Shown: in pieces, positions 61,855-64,000 of the stretch
Numbering within the stretch: position 1 is the first letter of the stretch
Layout of the letters: every line of letters starts with the position of its first letter
Assembly (NCBI GenBank): GCA_963664115.2
Contig: CAXWPJ010000005.1
Location: 290,250-354,249, forward strand
Direction: 5' to 3'
Length of the DNA stretch: 64,000 bases
Origin: Terriglobia bacterium
Lineage (GTDB): Bacteria; Acidobacteriota; Terriglobia; 20CM-2-55-15
Notes under the pieces: model-generated
Seen by the model: the letters and a program-made list of their open reading frames with translations, nothing else
Databases searched by the model: none
What the model was told of the DNA's origin: nothing
Made by a program: the position numbers and the translations under genes

Positions 61855-62508
61855 ATGGCTGACCACCTCGCCGACATGCTGCGCTTCTACGACCTGCTCG
61901 AGCGGCTCGAAGGCCGCATCGGCGGGAAGCGCGTGCTTGCCGATTACATCGGCGGCATGCATTGGCCGAATCGCGGGGTCTACTTCTTCTGCGAAGCCGG
62001 GGAATCGCGCTCCAGATCGGGCGAAGGATTGAGGGTCGTGCGGGTCGGAACCCATGGGTTGAAGGCCGGGAGCCGGAGCACGCTGTGGAAACGGCTGGCG
62101 CAGCAGCAGGGCATCGATCTGCCGCCATCCTGGGGCGTAGGCGGCGATCCAGGCGCAGCGGCGCGGCGGCTCCGTCTCGACCGGTCCGGTGTCAAGCTGG
62201 CGGAGGCGGAACTCGAAGCGAGGGTCAGCCACCATATCCGTGCCATGCCATTTCTGTGGCTTAACGTCGGAGACGAACCCGGCCCGAGAAGCGAACGCGA
62301 AACGATCGAGCGCAACGCCATTGCGCTTCTGAGCGGCTATCGCGAACCGGCGCTGGATCCGCCGTCGCCTGGCTGGCTCGGCCATTCCAGCGACCGGTGG
62401 CGCGTCCGCCGCTCCGGCCTCTGGAACAACAACCACGTCGATGAGGACTACGACCCGTCCTTCCTCGACACCATGGAAAAGCGGATAGGCTTGATCGGAA
62501 TGGCCTGA
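61855..62508 (+). CDS. Putative GIY-YIG-like nuclease, probably internally deleted
   Basis: RGVYFF..VVRVGTH..LWKRL..ERNAIALLS..SGLWN; in frame with the DUF6884-like remnant. Confidence 0.55.
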   Translation: MADHLADMLRFYDLLERLEGRIGGKRVLADYIGGMHWPNRGVYFFCEAGESRSRSGEGLRVVRVGTHGLKAGSRSTLWKRLAQQQGIDLPPSWGVGGDPGAAARRLRLDRSGVKLAEAELEARVSHHIRAMPFLWLNVGDEPGPRSERETIERNAIALLSGYREPALDPPSPGWLGHSSDRWRVRRSGLWNNNHVDEDYDPSFLDTMEKRIGLIGMA

Positions 62509-62709
62509 GATTCTGACTCGAACCTGATTTGGAATGAGGACCGAGTAGGAAGAAAAACCATGGCGAGAAAAATGCAGGCGATGTTAGATGGGTTTCAGGC
62601 CGCGTAGAGGATTTCGGTCACCTCGACGGACGGCGCCGTGTGCGCGGGGCGCTGCGCCGGAACGCACGGGGTTCGAAGCGTCCCCTCCGGAACGTTGGGA
62701 GGCGGGTAC

Positions 62710-64000
62710 ATGGCAATAGTCAGGACGACGCATCGGGCCGCTCGGGTCGGTCACGACCGGGCCCGTGGCGAGTGGGCAGACATGGCGGGATGCACGGGGC
62801 CGGCGGACGCGCGGGGCGGACCGGGCGGTTCCCCCGCCCTTCCGTGCCTGACCGGCCTCGCCGGACGTGCGGCGGCGGGACTGCTGCTGGCGCTCGCTGT
62901 CCTGGCGGCGATCATGCCGATGCGGGCGCCGGCGCAGGACAAGGACGCTGCGCGGGCGCCGAACATCGTCATCGTCCTGGCCGACGACCTTGGCTACGGC
63001 GATGTCGGCTATCTGAACTCACAGTCCCAAATCCCGACGCCGAACCTGGATACCCTGGCAGGACAGGGTATGGCGTTTCTGGACGCGCATTCGCCGTCGG
63101 CGGTTTGCACCGCGACGCGCTACGGCCTGTTGACCGGCCGCTATGCGTGGCGGACACGACTGACCCGGGGAGTCCTGGACGGTTACGACGGGCCCCTGAT
63201 CGCTCCGAATCGCGAAACGCTCGGCTCCTTTCTCGGAGCCACCGGGTACCGCACCGCAGTGATTGGAAAGTGGCACCTGGGCCTCGGTTTTGCGAAGAAT
63301 GCCTTGGGCGAATTCGACTTCGAGGAGCCCATTGACGACGGACCGCACACGCACGGATTCGACGAGTCCTACATCATCCCGGCTTCCTTGGACTTCCCCC
63401 CGTATGTCTATATCCGTGACGGCGAGATCACGGGATTTCCGCTGGGGCAACAGTCCGGGATGGAATTTCCGCGTTACATGAGAGCCGGCGAGTTGGCGTC
63501 GGATTTCGATCCCGCTGATGTGCTCGATGAACTGATCCGGCAGGCCACGGGGTTTATCCAGCGGCAGGCGTCGGACGGGAGCCCATTTCTGCTGTATCTG
63601 CCCTTGACGGCCCCGCACAAGCCGGTCTGGCCGGCCCAGCGGTTCGAAGGAACGACCGAATTGGGCCCGTACGGGGACTTCATCGTACAGGTCGACGCAG
63701 CCGTGGGCGACGTGATGAGCGCCCTGGACCAAGCCGGTGTCGACGACAACACGCTGTTGATTGTCACCTCCGACAATGGGTCCTTCATGTCCCGTCTGGA
63801 CGGGCTTGAGGACAGGGACCACACGGATGATTCGACGATCCAGGCGTATCGGGCGGGCAATCACACTGCGAATCACGTGTATCGAGGGACCAAGGCCGAT
63901 ATTTGGGAGGGGGGTCATCGCGTGCCGTTCTTCGCGCGCTGGCCTGGGCAGATTGAACCCGGCAGCACCCGGGAGGAGGTCATCTCGTTGACCGATGTCT
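62710..64000 (+). CDS. Arylsulfatase (formylglycine-dependent), runs off window
   Basis: PNIVIVLADDLGYGD, CTATRYGLLTGRY, GKWHLG, PHKP, TSDNG, EGGHRVP. Confidence 0.92.
   Translation, partial: MAIVRTTHRAARVGHDRARGEWADMAGCTGPADARGGPGGSPALPCLTGLAGRAAAGLLLALAVLAAIMPMRAPAQDKDAARAPNIVIVLADDLGYGDVGYLNSQSQIPTPNLDTLAGQGMAFLDAHSPSAVCTATRYGLLTGRYAWRTRLTRGVLDGYDGPLIAPNRETLGSFLGATGYRTAVIGKWHLGLGFAKNALGEFDFEEPIDDGPHTHGFDESYIIPASLDFPPYVYIRDGEITGFPLGQQSGMEFPRYMRAGELASDFDPADVLDELIRQATGFIQRQASDGSPFLLYLPLTAPHKPVWPAQRFEGTTELGPYGDFIVQVDAAVGDVMSALDQAGVDDNTLLIVTSDNGSFMSRLDGLEDRDHTDDSTIQAYRAGNHTANHVYRGTKADIWEGGHRVPFFARWPGQIEPGSTREEVISLTDV

Noticed and set aside
1-64000. CRISPR arrays, tRNA and rRNA genes
   Set aside because: No regularly spaced direct repeats or RNA gene signatures seen by eye; a tRNAscan/CRISPR finder run would be definitive

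Overview
64-kb IS-saturated bacterial region, probably from an Acidobacteria-like genome (Oar-type TonB receptor, kinase-beta-propeller fusion, secreted START-like protein); taxonomy is inferred only. Left to right: end of an Fe-S cluster locus (iscU, Rieske ferredoxin); a Ser/Thr kinase-beta-propeller gene broken by IS1380 and IS256; a same-strand cluster of an XRE/C-protein-like regulator, a CxxC/CxxC zinc-finger protein and three paralogous 60-69 aa peptides with a shared (I/V)E(E/Q)LExRIAP leader and two-Cys cores, one split by IS1380; an integrated plasmid remnant (mobC-like, ssDNA-binding, parA plus partner); an Mrr_N-HNH nuclease; an 8-gene lipid-modifying cluster (two desaturases, GH3 ligase, HHxxxD acyltransferase, HAD, methyltransferase, two putative lipid carriers); fitA/vapC; a group II twintron nested in an IS6 remnant; outer-membrane receptors; a stack of IS6/IS3/IS1182/IS630; a decaying type I RM system; a small defence cluster with mrr; and a partial sulfatase. 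No rRNA, tRNA or CRISPR array was seen. The best candidates for novel biology are the peptide array (7.9-11.0 kb), the desaturase-GH3-acyltransferase cluster (23.6-31.6 kb) and the twintron (35.2-37.5 kb). Family assignments come from motif recognition by eye, not database searches.
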